Source: Lama glama | Lineage: Eukaryota | Length of the DNA: 64,000 bases | Direction of reading: 5' to 3' | NCBI GenBank assembly: GCA_028534125.1 | Contig: CM052817.1 | Span: forward strand, 70,434,001-70,498,000 | Shown: piece by piece, positions 1-12,873 of the stretch | Layout: each line of letters opens with the position of its first letter | Numbering within the stretch: the stretch's first letter is position 1 | The notes under the pieces: generated by a model | The model's database searches: none | What the model was told of the DNA's origin: nothing | Seen by the model: only the letters and a program-made list of their open reading frames with translations | Made by a program: the position numbers and the translations under genes

Positions 1-1652
1 CCAAGCGATCCGAGTCGAATAATGTATTTTTCAAGCCCAGATTGTTGCTCTTTTTTTTTTTTTTTTTGCATGCCATAAGTTGTTTGACGGAGGTCCTGGG
101 AAAGTCTTTTCTGGCCCATTCTGCTTCCACGGTTGGTCGAGAGAGTGTGGGACTCTCTTACCTTCTCTTTGTCTACGGACCCTGAATCCTTGAAAGAGAG
201 TTGAGAGTCCTTAGGTTTGAGCTAACAAACCTAAGGGTGTGGTGTTGCTTTTGTCCCAGTCAACAATAAGTATGAATGGGAACTTCTGAAACCACGGTTT
301 GGATAAATATTTGAGATTGAGGATAGATTTGCGGAAGGTTATCTTACTTCAAAGAGCGGAAGTCGAGAATTTAAAGAATAAGGAAAATAGCATTACTGTT
401 GAACACTGCTGCACTATCATCTTATCCTGTCCCTTGCAGAAGGGGTGTCTCTTTGTATAGTGGTGAGCTGGCAATCAAGCTACAGTCTTTTCATAGCCAC
501 CACCCTTTAAGGCCGCGGTTCTGTGATTTACGCAGCTGTGTGCTACTGCACCTTTAGATTTGGGGAAGTGGGATATTTAATTTGTCAATTATAAAAATAG
601 ATTAGGGAAAGGAAGAGCAGATGGCTTTACTTTTAAGGCAATAGTCATAGACATCTTCATTTTCATAGATGTTTTGTGAGAATAGTTGGCACTGAAGAGG
701 CAAGCATCAGAAATTATGTGGGCTTGGTTCTAGGGTGTACCTTTGGATTTACCCTCCTCCCAAATCTAGAATAGTAACAGTTAACTTATTTAAATAAATT
801 GCATTTAAATAAATTACATTTTAGATATTTTTTACGTTGGTAAGATATTATCCTAGCAGTGCATTAGCATTAACACCTGCTTGGCACATTAATAGGTGTT
901 GTATTGAATAAACAAAATTTTAAGTGCATTTAAAAAAAATAAGTCTTCATCTGCTAGAAATCTTTTCTGTAACTCTACCTCTTTTGGAGCCAGGGCCTTT
1001 GCTAGAAGCTTCACAGTTTTCATTCTGGCCACTTTCCCTCTGGATTGTTGTAATGGGGAGATTCTTTGCCCCAATTTCCAGGGAAAGTGAAAGGAAATCT
1101 TTTAGTGGCCAAGCTGTCTCATTCAAGGAATTGGTTTGCCACTGGAAAGGAGTCTCTTGTAAAAACTGTGGGTATACCTTTATAAATAAACAATATTTAT
1201 TACTGAGAAATATTCAGCAAATAGTATACTGAGTCCTTACTAAGTTCCAGGCACTAGGTACTGGGGACAACAGTGAATGAAACAGGTAAGGGCCCTGCCC
1301 TTCTGAAGCTTATAATGTCATGGTTGAGACATGTTAAATATCCCATACATTTTTTTCCATTGCGAACTTCCACAAATGCATTAAAGGAAAGGAACAAGAG
1401 GTTATGAGACAATAATGGGAGTTGGGAACATCATTTACATTGGAGTGCGGTTCTGAGGAAGTGACATGTTAGCCAAGATCAGAAAGACTAGGGGAAATGG
1501 TATGCTAGGCAGAGGGAAAAGTATGGACCTATATAGGACTGAGAGACCAGTTAGGTGAGTTTTGTGGTTCATTTATACTAGACGAGGTTGGTGGCAGCAG
1601 AGATGGAGGAAAATTTAATGAAAGATATTTTGGAAGTAGTTTCAGTAGATCT

Positions 1653-1751
1653 GTTTATTTGTTTGTTTTTTTAATGGAGGTACTGGGGATTGAACCCAGG
1701 ATCTTGTGCATGCTGAGCATGCAGTCTACCACCAAGCTACACCCTCCCCCC
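1653..1751 (-). mobile_element. tRNA-derived camelid SINE (vic-1-like)
   Basis: A and B boxes (GGTTCAATCCC), CAGTACCTCCATT plus A-rich tail, TSD TTCAGTAGATCT at 1641-1652 and 1756-1767. Confidence 0.9.
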
Positions 1752-2097
1752 ACGATTCAGTAGATCTTGATGATGGATTGATTGGATGTAGGAGGAGAAT
1801 GAAGTGTGAAGCAATCTTATTGGTGTCTGATTTAAGCACAAGTAGGTGGAAGTGTAATTTTCTGAGACTGAAGAAGTTTTTTTGGTGGGGAATGGTGAAT
1901 CCAGATCTTTTTGGAATATATCATAGTTGGACATAGCCAAATGTAAATAGTTGGAAATATCAAGTTTGCAGATAGGAGTCTAGAACTGAGAAAAGAGGTT
2001 TATGTTAGTCAATAACACATGTTTTCTGAACTCCTCACACAAGCCAGATATTGAAGAACATAGATTAATTTTTTCTTCTTAGGGAGCTTACAGCTAA

Positions 2098-2212
2098 TTT
2101 TTAACAATTAAGGTATAGTTGATTTACACCATTACATAAGTTTCAGGTGTACAACATAGTGAGTCACAGTTTTTAAATGTCATACTCCATTTATAGTTAT
2201 TATAAAATATAT
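2098..2212 (-). mobile_element. L1 3' end fragment
   Basis: aggtatagttgatttaca...gtttcaggtgtacaacatagtga, typical of L1 3'UTR in antisense. Confidence 0.7.
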
Positions 2213-3366
2213 TATAAAATATAATTTTAATGGTGCTAACTTTATTTGATAGGTGTTGGCACATTGAGAGTTATTAGAGTCGAAAGCCTGAAGGAATAAG
2301 TTCAACTGGGGAGAGAATGTAGGAAAAGAGGACAGTGGATCAAGCTCTAAGGAATGCCATACACTTAGTGCTTCCCTAGAAGAGAAGGCTCAGTTAGAGA
2401 GGTAGCAAGAAAACATGGACAGGAGTGTCACAAAGGCCATGAGAAGCCATTTTTTCTCCTCTAAGAAAATGGCCTTAGTAAACTGGATCAAGTCCTGCTG
2501 GGAAGCTTCCTAAGATGAGAGCTGAAGAGTGTCCTTTGAATCTGACAACATGGAGGTCACTGGCCACTTTGGCAAGAGTAATATCAGTGGTGACAGAAGC
2601 CAGGTTGGAGGGTGTTGAATGAAGGGGGAGGAAGTGGAGATAGCAAATTTGTTTTTGTTTTTTTTCTCCCGGAAGGAAACCTGCCTATTTTTCAGAAAGG
2701 AAGCATAGAAATGGGATGTTAACCAGGAGGATCTAGAGTCAAGGGAATGTTGATGTAGGGAACAAGAAGTTGAAAATACAGGACTGAGGTATCCAAAGGA
2801 ACAAAGTCTCTGAAGAGGCAAGAGGGGACCGAGTCCTGATTATTGCAAAAGGGATCCCACATTGATAAGGGGAGGGACTCTTCCTGTGTTGTAGCTGGAG
2901 GGAAGGAGGTGAGGCTGGGTACCACTTTGTAGATTTGGCGAGGGGGGGTGATTAGGGAATCCCTTTGTGATTGTTAGTCAGGGCCGAAGGAGACAGTCTT
3001 GCTATGCTTAGGGAAAGCTAGAAGTGAGGATGGTGGAAACTAGTGGAAAAGATGAAGAGTAGATGTTGACAGTGGAAGACTGGGAAAACTGTTAATGTTG
3101 ATGGACATTAACATTAATAATCATGATAATTATGACACAATGATGGATATCAACATTAATGATCATGAATCTCTAGTATTGCCAGTCTGCCTAATGGTGT
3201 GATTTTAAAATGTTTCATTTTACTTTTAAGCAAGATTTCTCTAGTTACCTCTCAATTTATTGAAACAAATCCAAGCATATGTGGAATATTTTCTTGAACT
3301 AAAATGAACTTAATGTTAAATCTCCTTTATTGTGGAGTCATTCTTGAGTTTAGAAACAGTTACTCT

Positions 3367-3456
3367 GGGGGAGGGAAATAGCTTGGTGGTAGAGCGTGTC
3401 CTTAGCATGCATGAGGTCATGGGTTCAATTCCCAGTACCTCCATTAAAAAAAAAAA
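3367..3456 (+). mobile_element. vic-1-like SINE
   Basis: tRNA-like head, poly(A) tail, TSD AGAAACAGTTACT on both sides. Confidence 0.9.
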
Positions 3457-3742
3457 AGAAACAGTTACTGAATAAATTTCTTTTATGAAATACCTCTTTT
3501 AGAGATAGTATTGTTTCAAAGTCATTCTCAAATACTTAGTTGAATATCATATTGTATATCAACTTTACGTCAATAAAAAAACAAATAAAATACTGAGTTG
3601 AATTTCTGGGTGGTTTATCTGAATAAGTGGTTTATCAGGGATAAGCTGGGCCTCATTTGATGACAATAATATATCATAGCAGTCCTATTTAAATATAAAT
3701 GAACCTTTAGAGACAGATGAAAACTGTAATTCTGTGTTATAA

Positions 3743-3877
<135 letters not shown>

Positions 3878-4156
3878 TAAAAGGTACCATTCTGAATGAT
3901 TTGGTGGTGGGAAAGAAGATTGCTGGGGCATGCCTACCTATTTAAAAATATAGTGAGACCGCTTGGATCCATCTGTATTTAGACAATAGCTAAATTTAAA
4001 ATGCTAAATTCAGAGATTGCAGGAAGTGGACAAGAAAAAGAGTAGAAGTATATTATTCATTTACTCATTCATTAGGGAATAAAATATTTCACAGTGATTG
4101 GCATGACCACGTATATAAGGGAGGGTATCAGTTTAAAATACATTTATAGATTATTC

Positions 4157-4348
4157 TGGGGCTCATCAAACCACTGGTACCTGTTTATTTGTAAGTCAGC
4201 CTTTATTGGAATTAGGCACGTACATTTGTTTCTATATTGTTTATGGCTGTTTACAAGCTACAGTGGTTAAGTGTGACACAAACAATATGGCCTGCAAGCC
4301 TGAGATATATACAGTCTGATTATTTAAGAAAAAATTTGTAGATCCCTG
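4157..4348. mobile_element. MER58A-like hAT-Charlie MITE
   Basis: ttttattggaa...cacgtacatttgttt...tatggctgt...tggcctgcaagcct...aaaaaatttgtagatccctg. Confidence 0.65.
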
Positions 4349-5134
4349 AATAAACTGTTAAATGAGAAAACTGATTTTGAACCTTGTGAGTTCTATGTCA
4401 GCAATGAACACCATTGCAGTGTGGTTTGTTTCATCTGAGAAATGCTTATTGTATTGCCTTCTAAAACCTTCTTGGTAACTATCTCCCTAAATGTAGCCGT
4501 ATATTTGTATTTACACTTACATTAATGGTATTCCTTGTGTAGAATATTCCTGGAAGGATTACTGTGATTCTCTGTGGAGGGGATCTGGATGCCAGGAGAT
4601 CTTGTTGGTAGGGAGACCTTTGACAGTGTCATCATTTGTTTGGATTCTGGAACCGCTATATGTGTTGGATTTTCAATTAATACAATTAGTTCTTCTTTAC
4701 ATATGCTGATGTGTAAATCATATCTTTAATAGAGTGATTTGCTTTTTGGGGTCCATGAGCTCCAAGAATTTTGAAAGCTTTTCATCCCTAGAAAAATCAG
4801 ATACACATATATGCAAAAATTTGCATATAGTTATAAGGCTTTATAGATTGCTGGAAATCTTTGTGGGGTTCATAAAGCCTCAGTTAAGAACACTTGCTTG
4901 AAAAAACTTCCCTTTGAAACAAGAGGCTTATTTATTATTATAAAATTCAGGAAACATTTCTAACCAATTCAAAATTAATTTGAAATTGATAGTAGAAATT
5001 TAAATAGGAGAAATTTTAAAACCTAAAGTTCTGGTTAAAGGGTCATGTACATACAATAGTTGGCTTTTAATAAGTTTTAATTTTACAGAGACAGTTGCAT
5101 TAGTCGAAGTTTTAAAATTAAAAAATTTTTTTGA

Positions 5135-5245
5135 ACATAAGCTCCATGAAAACAAAGATTTTTGTCTCCTGATCATTGTTGTACCCTCTGAACCTAGAAC
5201 AGTGCTTGATACATAATAGACTCTGCATAGATGCTTGCTGAAATG
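5135..5245 (+). mobile_element. L2 3' end
   Basis: aagctccatga...cctagaacagtgcttgatacataatagactc...ttgctgaaatga. Confidence 0.65.
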
Positions 5246-5330
5246 ATATCCAGAAATAGAAAATAGTTGTAAAGGTAAGAATAAAAAATAAGCACAAAAA
5301 TTTTTAGCAGGAATAGGAATTTCAATCTAG

Positions 5331-5594
<264 letters not shown>

Positions 5595-5974
5595 TAAGTT
5601 GTTAAGTATTTTGTGTAATCAGCAACTTAACCTGAAAACTCGTAAAAATAATTACCTGGATCATATAAAATCATAGGAGACTTAATTCACCCCTCATTTA
5701 AACAGATGAGGAGTTTGTGACTTGCTCAGGGTTATAGGTAGAAGTAAAATTGAAACCAATAGGTCTTCCTGACTTTTATTTCCATTCACGTTCATGAGAA
5801 AATTCAGTCATTTTATTGTAGCATCAGTGATCACTGGCTGGAGATGTTTCTCTAAAGTGCTTTTTGGTTAATCTGTAACATAAGGAATTCCCATATTAAT
5901 AGTATTAGTGGGGAATATTTTCAAGCTATTAGTTGCTGCTGCTGTTTTTTTTTTAATGTTTCAATTTTTTAATT

Positions 5975-6075
5975 TTTTTACTTTTTATTGAAGTACAGTC
6001 AATTACAGTGTGTCAGTTTCTGGTGTACAGCACAATGTCCCAGTCATGCATGTACATAGATATATTTATACTCTT
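5975..6075 (-). mobile_element. L1 3' end fragment
   Basis: Poly(T) then attgaagtacagtcaattaca...tttctggtgtacagcacaatg. Confidence 0.65.
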
Positions 6076-7379
6076 TGAATATTTATGTGAGGAAAACCCA
6101 TTAAGCCTTGGACAGAATGGAGAGTTACTGACTCTTCAAAAACTGAGGAAAGGATTTCATATATGTAATGAGTATTTTGATTGAGAAAACTTGCACCATC
6201 TTTAGAACAAAAGTAAATTGATTATATGGCAACTTTTATCATTCTGTTTAAGATCATTCGTTTGAAATATGGACAGATCTGATCATATTTCCCTATACTC
6301 TGATTTCACCTATGGATACATTAGTAACTACAGGAACTTTGGGCAAACATAAAAAGGTTAACTCTTAGAAAGTTTATTTTTTAGGGAATATGTTAAATAT
6401 CAAGTGGGAACTATACTTTATTTATTAAAACTGATACTTTCTGATTTTATTGTAAGAGATAAGAGGGAATACAAGAATTTGTTTGAATTTCACAAGTTGA
6501 CTTGTTCTGTGGCTTAAGCTGTCTGTGTCCATAACACATCTGGGATAGAGGGAACAGGCTTCTCCTGGAAAATCAGGAGTATTTATCCTGCACTCGTGTT
6601 CCCGTCTTAGCCCTCCAGGATGGGAAAAGAGAGCAGTGTTCCTTGTCAGCTGATGATCTGTGTGGCCATGTGGCTCTTTCAGACTCTTCTGCCAATAGCT
6701 CATATTTTTGTCCCTGGAAAAGCTTTGGCCATTTGCTAAATTGTTTGAAGACTGATTTATTCCAGCCTCCTCTTTTTGTTCCTCTTTGTCCTGCCCTTGT
6801 TGGAAAAGGTAGACTGATAGGAAGAGACTGAAGTTTTTCATAGTGAAACAAGAAAAGATATCCTCCCAGAGAGCATAAAGAGGCTATTAAAAGTTAACAA
6901 CCAAAACAGAAGGAACCTTTGGAGGCATATAGCAGAGCAGAAGAAGTGGGCAGATTTGCTCACAGAACCAGATTTGTTCCCATTCTACTTAAGCTTCCTA
7001 TTCTTCCTTAAGGGTTTAAGTCTTCTTAGGATGTGTGTTTTTCTTTTAGTGCAAGCATTTGGCTTTCAGGATAACAGCTATCTGCTGCTCACAAAAAAAG
7101 CTCTGAGAAGTGTTTAAATCTCTGGATTGCTTTCATCTTACTTTTGCAATTATTTACGTAAACATTTATCTTGTCCCCATCCTATAGGCCAGTGTCTGAG
7201 ATTGTTAACTAAGATAACAATAAGAAAAAGAGTATACTCTCTGGGTTTCTGGTGTAAATTATGTGTAGATGTAATCAAAGCAGAACAGTAGTCTAAATAA
7301 AGAATTGCTGCTTTGTGTAACTTGTTGTGCAGCTAAATCTTAAGATTTAACTTTCTAAGAGGAAGGAATTTATGGTCCC

Positions 7380-7527
7380 CCCCCTTTTTTTTTTGGAGGG
7401 GGGCTAGCGGGAGGTAATTAGGTTTATTTATTTTTTCAGTGAAGGTACTGGGGATCAAACTCAGGCCTCATGCGTCCTAAGTGTGCACTCTGTATGCATT
7501 CTACCACTGAGCTATACCCTCCCCCAC
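7380..7527 (-). mobile_element. vic-1-like SINE
   Basis: Head GGGGGAGGGTATAGCTCAGTGGTAGA, body ending AATAAACCTAATTACC, TSD TATGGTCCC at 7371-7379 and 7528-7536. Confidence 0.9.
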
Positions 7528-8744
7528 TATGGTCCCTTCTTTGGTAAGATTTCTCATCTACAGCTCCTAATGCCTGGTATCTTAGGTATGGAGTGGGGAG
7601 AAGCAATGGATAGTTTTGGAAAATAAAGGGAAGCAATAATGTTGTATTTTCTGGAATATTTGCAGGCCTCAAAAGAGCCTAGTGTGTGGGCCTCCATATT
7701 GCACATGATAGGGGTGTGGTTAGTACCACCAGCAAGGAGGGGAAGTGTCTTTCTTTTTGTGCACACATTCTGTTTGATGTCCCAATGTATATAAGCAGTT
7801 TGATATATACGTGGAACAGCAACGACAACAAGAAGACAGTAACCAGAAACCATGAGTTTTTTCCCATCAAATAAGTGGCTAGCATCCGAGATAAAGGATG
7901 GCCATGCTAATCAATGCATCATGGTAACCTCCAGGGATGTATTCTCACAAAGAATCTGATACCATCTTTAGCAAGAGGTGCCTTTAAAAAGGAGAAAGCA
8001 GTAGCAATGGAGTGGTACTACTAGCTGTATGTTTTCTGTTGTATGCTTTTTTAAAGACCTGACATCTTCGCTGAAGATACAATTGTACAAATTAAAACAT
8101 GGCTTTGTTTGATGCATAAGTAGAGGTCATACACTAATTACAAGGAAGAATACCACAAACATGTAGCTGTATCAAGAGACTGATGTCCAAAAAAAAAAAG
8201 AGAAAGAGACAGATGTCCAAAAGTCAGCGTTCACATATCAGCAAAAGCCGCTGACAGCTGTCCCTAAAGAGTCCTCAGGACTTTTGTTTCACTGCGGAAG
8301 CCAGCTGTTGAGTAATTTCCACTGGTGCAGGTACTAGTGGACACTGACTTAAAATCTTCTCGACCCTTTTTTCTTCTTGTTAAACTTTTTTTTTGTCTTG
8401 TGAAGCTTAAGTCTTAAAGTATGCTTTTTGTGAAGTAACAGGCATTATAGTAGCATATTTATGTGGAGGTCTTCAAAGCCATTAGGTACCCTAAGAGCCT
8501 TTTTATTGTTTATTCAATTTTGAGGGGGTGAGTAGAGGTGAGAAGTACTGGGTTGTATCAGAGTCGTCATGAAGGCGGTTGTGTGAGATGAAAGTTCTCT
8601 CTGTACTCGGAGTGTGGGTTGGCCAGGCTGATAAAGCAGAAGGAAAGGGGCTGATGAGTTCTAGGGAGATCACGTTGACTGCAGGTGGATCCGAGCCCTC
8701 CAGGGAGTTGGGGGAGTCCAGGAGCTGGAAAGGAGGAAAATCAC

Positions 8745-9030
8745 ATTGTGTCTGCTGATACGTCAGGCACTGTAGTAGATCTCAACCCTCTGGAGCAGTT
8801 TGTAATCCCCACCTTAGAGATGAAGAAACTTGAGACCCTGAACTAATAATAGCTAACATTTGTCCAGTGCTTCTTACCATGAATGGCAGTTACTGTGTTA
8901 GTAGACTCTCTTATATAATACTTCAAACCCTTTGATGTAACTCCGTTTTACAGATGAGGAAACTGAGTGAGGTCTGCCTAGGCTTACCCACAAGTGTTAG
9001 AAGCAGGGTCAAAAGCAGAGAAGTTCTAAA
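8745..9030 (-). mobile_element. MIR fragments
   Basis: MIR core ttttacagatgaggaaactgag and aataatagctaacattt. Confidence 0.6.
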
Positions 9031-9831
9031 GGCATCAGCGGAGACAGGGTGTATTGAATCCTTTCTTAATGTGAATAGCTTTACACAATTTTTCTGTTTT
9101 TTTTTCTTGATCCTGCAGATCTTTAATTAATAATAGGTTGCAAGGATTTATTGCAAAAGAAAGGATTTGGAACTTTATAAAAGCAAACTTAATGCTTTAA
9201 TTTGAAGCGGATTTCAGGGCCTAAGTTGTACATTTCGAACAAGGATCTCCTGTGTGATTAGTATGAAGTTTGACTTGCTCAACAGCTACAGTTAACACCC
9301 CTGCCTGCTGTCAGGATATTTCCTACAGAAACAGAGGTGCAGGGCAGACGCTTCTGCACCTCTGTTTCTGGAGGGGTCAAGGGCTCACCTCCCAGGCATG
9401 AACAGCTTCTGATCCCCCCACCTTCTTTTTTGGTAATATTAGGGTTTGTAGGAAATCCACACCAACCTCTTCCCATAAAAATGTTTATGCAGTTGTGAGA
9501 GTCAAAGGAAAATCAAAATCAAAGGAAATTGATTCCAACTCTTAACTTTAACTTTCACATAACAAACACTTCCTTTGCTTTTCCCCCTGCATCTTGTGTT
9601 GTTTAGCATATTGGTTTGTAGCTTTGTCCTTTGAGGGGAAAGGGTAATGGACCCAAGGCCTAGCAATGTATATATTTATTGAGGAGGGTGGTGGGGATAT
9701 GAAATAAGAACCATGATGAGGTATCACAACTATATTTTCAGATTGTCATTTGATTCATCATAAAATTTGTTTGGGACACTTTGAAATGTTGCTTCCTTTT
9801 CGTTTTTTGTGTTTATAATTTTTTTTTACAG

Positions 9832-9850
9832 GGGCTATCTGATGGGTTAG
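9832..9850 (+). CDS. OSTC: OSTC last exon, coding part (GYLMG-stop)
   Basis: Long T tract then acAG (9830-9831), followed by G GGC TAT CTG ATG GGT TAG, which completes ...KLPGYLMG*. Confidence 0.96.
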
Positions 9851-10410
9851 AGTGCCTTTTGAGAAGAGAACCATGGATATTGAATTTGCTCCTGTTAATG
9901 ATGTTTTAAAGGCTGTACCAATCCTCTGATACAAAATATGGAAAAGGATGAAAAGCAGAAAAGAAACATCTAGTGAAAACATAGGAAGCATGGTAAAGCT
10001 TGGACTAGAAGGTCTTCTTAATATCAAAGAGACAAGCTTATCAGTATTTCTTCCCGCTGGCCTGTACTGACATACCAACGATGTTATGCGGCATTTTCTT
10101 CTTCGTTTTTTTTTCCCTTAAAGAAAATATACTTCATTTCTACAGCAACAATATTGAATAAAGTGATTATTTTTACAACCCCCTTAACATTTTTTGGAGA
10201 TGACATTTCTGACCTTCAGAAATTAATGTAAAATCAAGAAGCGAGAGCTCATAAGCTGAGAACTCTGGACAGCTGATCAGCTTTCCCTGTGGTGCTTTGC
10301 CTTTAAACAGAGCGTGTGGATAGCACGTCATTTCAGATATGTATGTAAGACTGTTTCCTGAACAATAAGCTGTATGAAAGGAGCAGAAATAAATAATTTT
10401 TCTAATTAAT
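9851..10410 (+). other. OSTC: OSTC 3'UTR (3' end approximate)
   Basis: Follows the stop codon. AATAAA at 10157-10162 and 10388-10393; the second is followed by a U-rich tract. Confidence 0.75.
10388..10393 (+). terminator. OSTC distal polyadenylation signal
   Basis: AATAAA with downstream ccttttaaatttgtttttt (U/GU-rich element). Confidence 0.7.
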
Positions 10411-10862
10411 ACCTTTTAAATTTGTTTTTTAATTGACTGATGGTATTATTCTTTGGTCTATAATTACTCAGTCCCATCTTGTGACTTTCTTAGCTACAGT
10501 TGGTAGCCTGAAGTCTCCAAGTGTAGTGTGGAGGATGCCTTACGTGGGGGAAATTCTAATGTCCAAGCACAGGCTGCATGTCTGTGTTGTAAATGTGATA
10601 GTGTTAGATGAAAGTTCCTTTCAGGTATTCATTTTCAGTAATTACCACAACTTTGAGCACATCTAAAACCACCTTGAGCCAGTTCTTCTAGCCAGGCCTT
10701 TGAGTTCTCCTCAACTGGCCATGAACTTCACTTCTCTAGTGCCTCGATTAATTCTTTTCCTAAGATCTTTGTAGTAAAATTTTCTCTTGAGGATTTCTTT
10801 TTTTTTTTTTCTTTCTAATTACAAGACTGGTTTTGTTGTAGCTGTTCATTACATTTAAAAAG

Positions 10863-11040
10863 ATTCATTTATTTGGAGTACCTATTATATGCCGGGCAGC
10901 CCTGAGGGTTACGGGGATAAATAAAGACAGGTAAAATCTCTGCCCTCATAAAGCTTATGTTCTTATAGGGAAGCCAGATAATTGAAAGATAAGAAATGTT
11001 TATAAAATTTCAGGTACTTATAAATACACAAGAACAAAGC
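10863..11040 (-). mobile_element. L2 3' end
   Basis: ttcatttattt...cctattatatgccgggca...ctctgccctcataaagctta. Confidence 0.6.
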
Positions 11041-11644
11041 AAGACTTGTTAATAGTCTGTCCTAGAGTGACTGGTGTGGGGAGAGGAGGTTGCTTTGCTC
11101 TAAAGCTCTGAGCAAGGAAAACAAGGCCTATATGTATGCACCAACTTTAACGGCTGATTTAGCTTTAATTGCATTTTTTTTTGTTATTTGGTCATATTTT
11201 AAAACCTTGATTAAATCAAACGGACAGACAATAACACAAAGGTGTTAAGGTTTCAAAAGATCTTTTCCTGAATGACTGAGCAGTAAACAGTTCCTATTAA
11301 GCACCACCAGATGGTGGTGGTATGGTTTGGTGTGTTTTTCTATGTCAGCAGCTCTTAAAATTTTGGTTTGGTTTTGGTTTTTGTTTTTATAGTAAAATAA
11401 ACATATCCTCACTAAATACAATGGGATATATTTAAATAATTTCGCTGGTACAGTTGCAGTGTTTTATGTGAAGAAAAAAAACCCCGTACTTTGTGCTGGA
11501 CTTAAAATGTTTTGGGGACACTAAGCCAAAATGTCACAGCTTGATAAAAAGCCTGCTAAGCATTTTAACAGCAGAGGTTAAATAAATGAAAGAGAGTAAA
11601 TTAATGGACTAGACTGGAAACAAACTAGTCTTTGGTCTTATCAC

Positions 11645-12047
11645 AGTGTTCTCCAGGAAATGGATATTAAAATGGACTTAGAATTGCAAAATGGCTTAGT
11701 GGAGAGGAACTCCAGGGAGAGGTAAAGGAAGGATGCAGAATTAGCCAGGAGAAGCTGTCATTCTGTGGTGCACAGCTAACAGGTGCTGTCAGCCCGATGA
11801 GGAGCTCCAGCAGAAAGAACGCCTGTCAGAAGAATAGGTTGGGTGGAAATGGCTACACCCTTGGACCACTTGCTACCTTGTCAGGTCTCTGGCCTGGTGC
11901 CATCTTGAGATTAGCATGATCTTGGCTAGAAAGCTGAGGTGAACCCTGACAAAGCTAACAACTGGAGGCTGTCAGCCAGCCCCGCTCCGTGCAGCTAGGC
12001 AGCAAGTCCACCAGGGGATCTGAGCAGCCCATCTCTGTTTGCCACAG
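11645..12047 (-). mobile_element. ERVL-class LTR (LTR16/LTR33-like)
   Basis: ttctccaggaaa...ggaaggatgcagaatt...gagaagctg...ctgtttgccaca layout resembles an antisense ERVL LTR. Confidence 0.45.
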
Positions 12048-12745
12048 ATTTTATAAAGAAAATATCCTCTTTATAGGATTAAAATGAGAGGAAATCCTAT
12101 ATATCTTGCTTATGAAAGGAAGATTGTACTATGATTGTTGTTAACATTCATTTGAATTGGGAAGTGTGAGGTAACTTAGGTTCTTAGTAAATGGCACATT
12201 CCTGAAGTGTAAAGCTGGAATAAAGGTTATTTCCCCATTTTACTAGTAAGTGAATTTCTTTGTTAGAGAGCTTGAACTAGAATCCGGGTCTTCTGCAAAG
12301 CAGGCCAATTATTCACATTATACACTGCTATTTTCTGATACAGATCAGTCTTTGAATGTAGTAATAAGTATATGCTTAGTCCTAAAAGACGGAATGCCAG
12401 ATACTAGGTTGCATCAGGAAGAAAACTGCAGCCCCTGAAATTACACATGTGGAATGTATGATCTAGTGAATAGCCACTGATGCATGGATTCTGTTTGCTA
12501 TAGGAGTGCGTGGGAGGGGCACCTAAACCCAGACTTGGGGTGAGGGAAGCCTTTAATTTGTTGTTGAAGCAATGACTACTTATCTGCCTAAATGTTTCAA
12601 ATACAAATACACTTTTTCCCAAGTCTCTTTTACTTGTTTTCCTTATGTACTAAGACTTTTTTGTGCTAAGATGTTTTTTAAAAAATAATTTTTGTTTCCT
12701 ATTTTTCCCATTGTCTTTACTTAAACTTTGTTTTAAAAGTGCATT

Positions 12746-12873
12746 TCTTTTTTGGTGGGGTGGTAGTGGGGAAGTAATTAGGTTTATTTTTATTTTAATG
12801 GAGGTACTGGGGATTGTACCCAGTACTTTGTGAACGCCAAGCATGTGCTCTACCACTAAGCTCTACCTTCCCC
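12746..12873 (-). mobile_element. vic-1-like SINE
   Basis: tRNA-like head plus CAGTACCTCCATT...AATAAACCTAATTAC body. Confidence 0.88.

Larger units (their letters stand above)
1186..2640 (-). mobile_element. Fragmented L2 LINE, interrupted by a SINE and an L1 3' end
   Basis: attcagcaaata...ccaggcactagg...ggggacaacagtgaatgaaacag and purine-rich L2-like downstream blocks; boundaries approximate. Confidence 0.55.
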
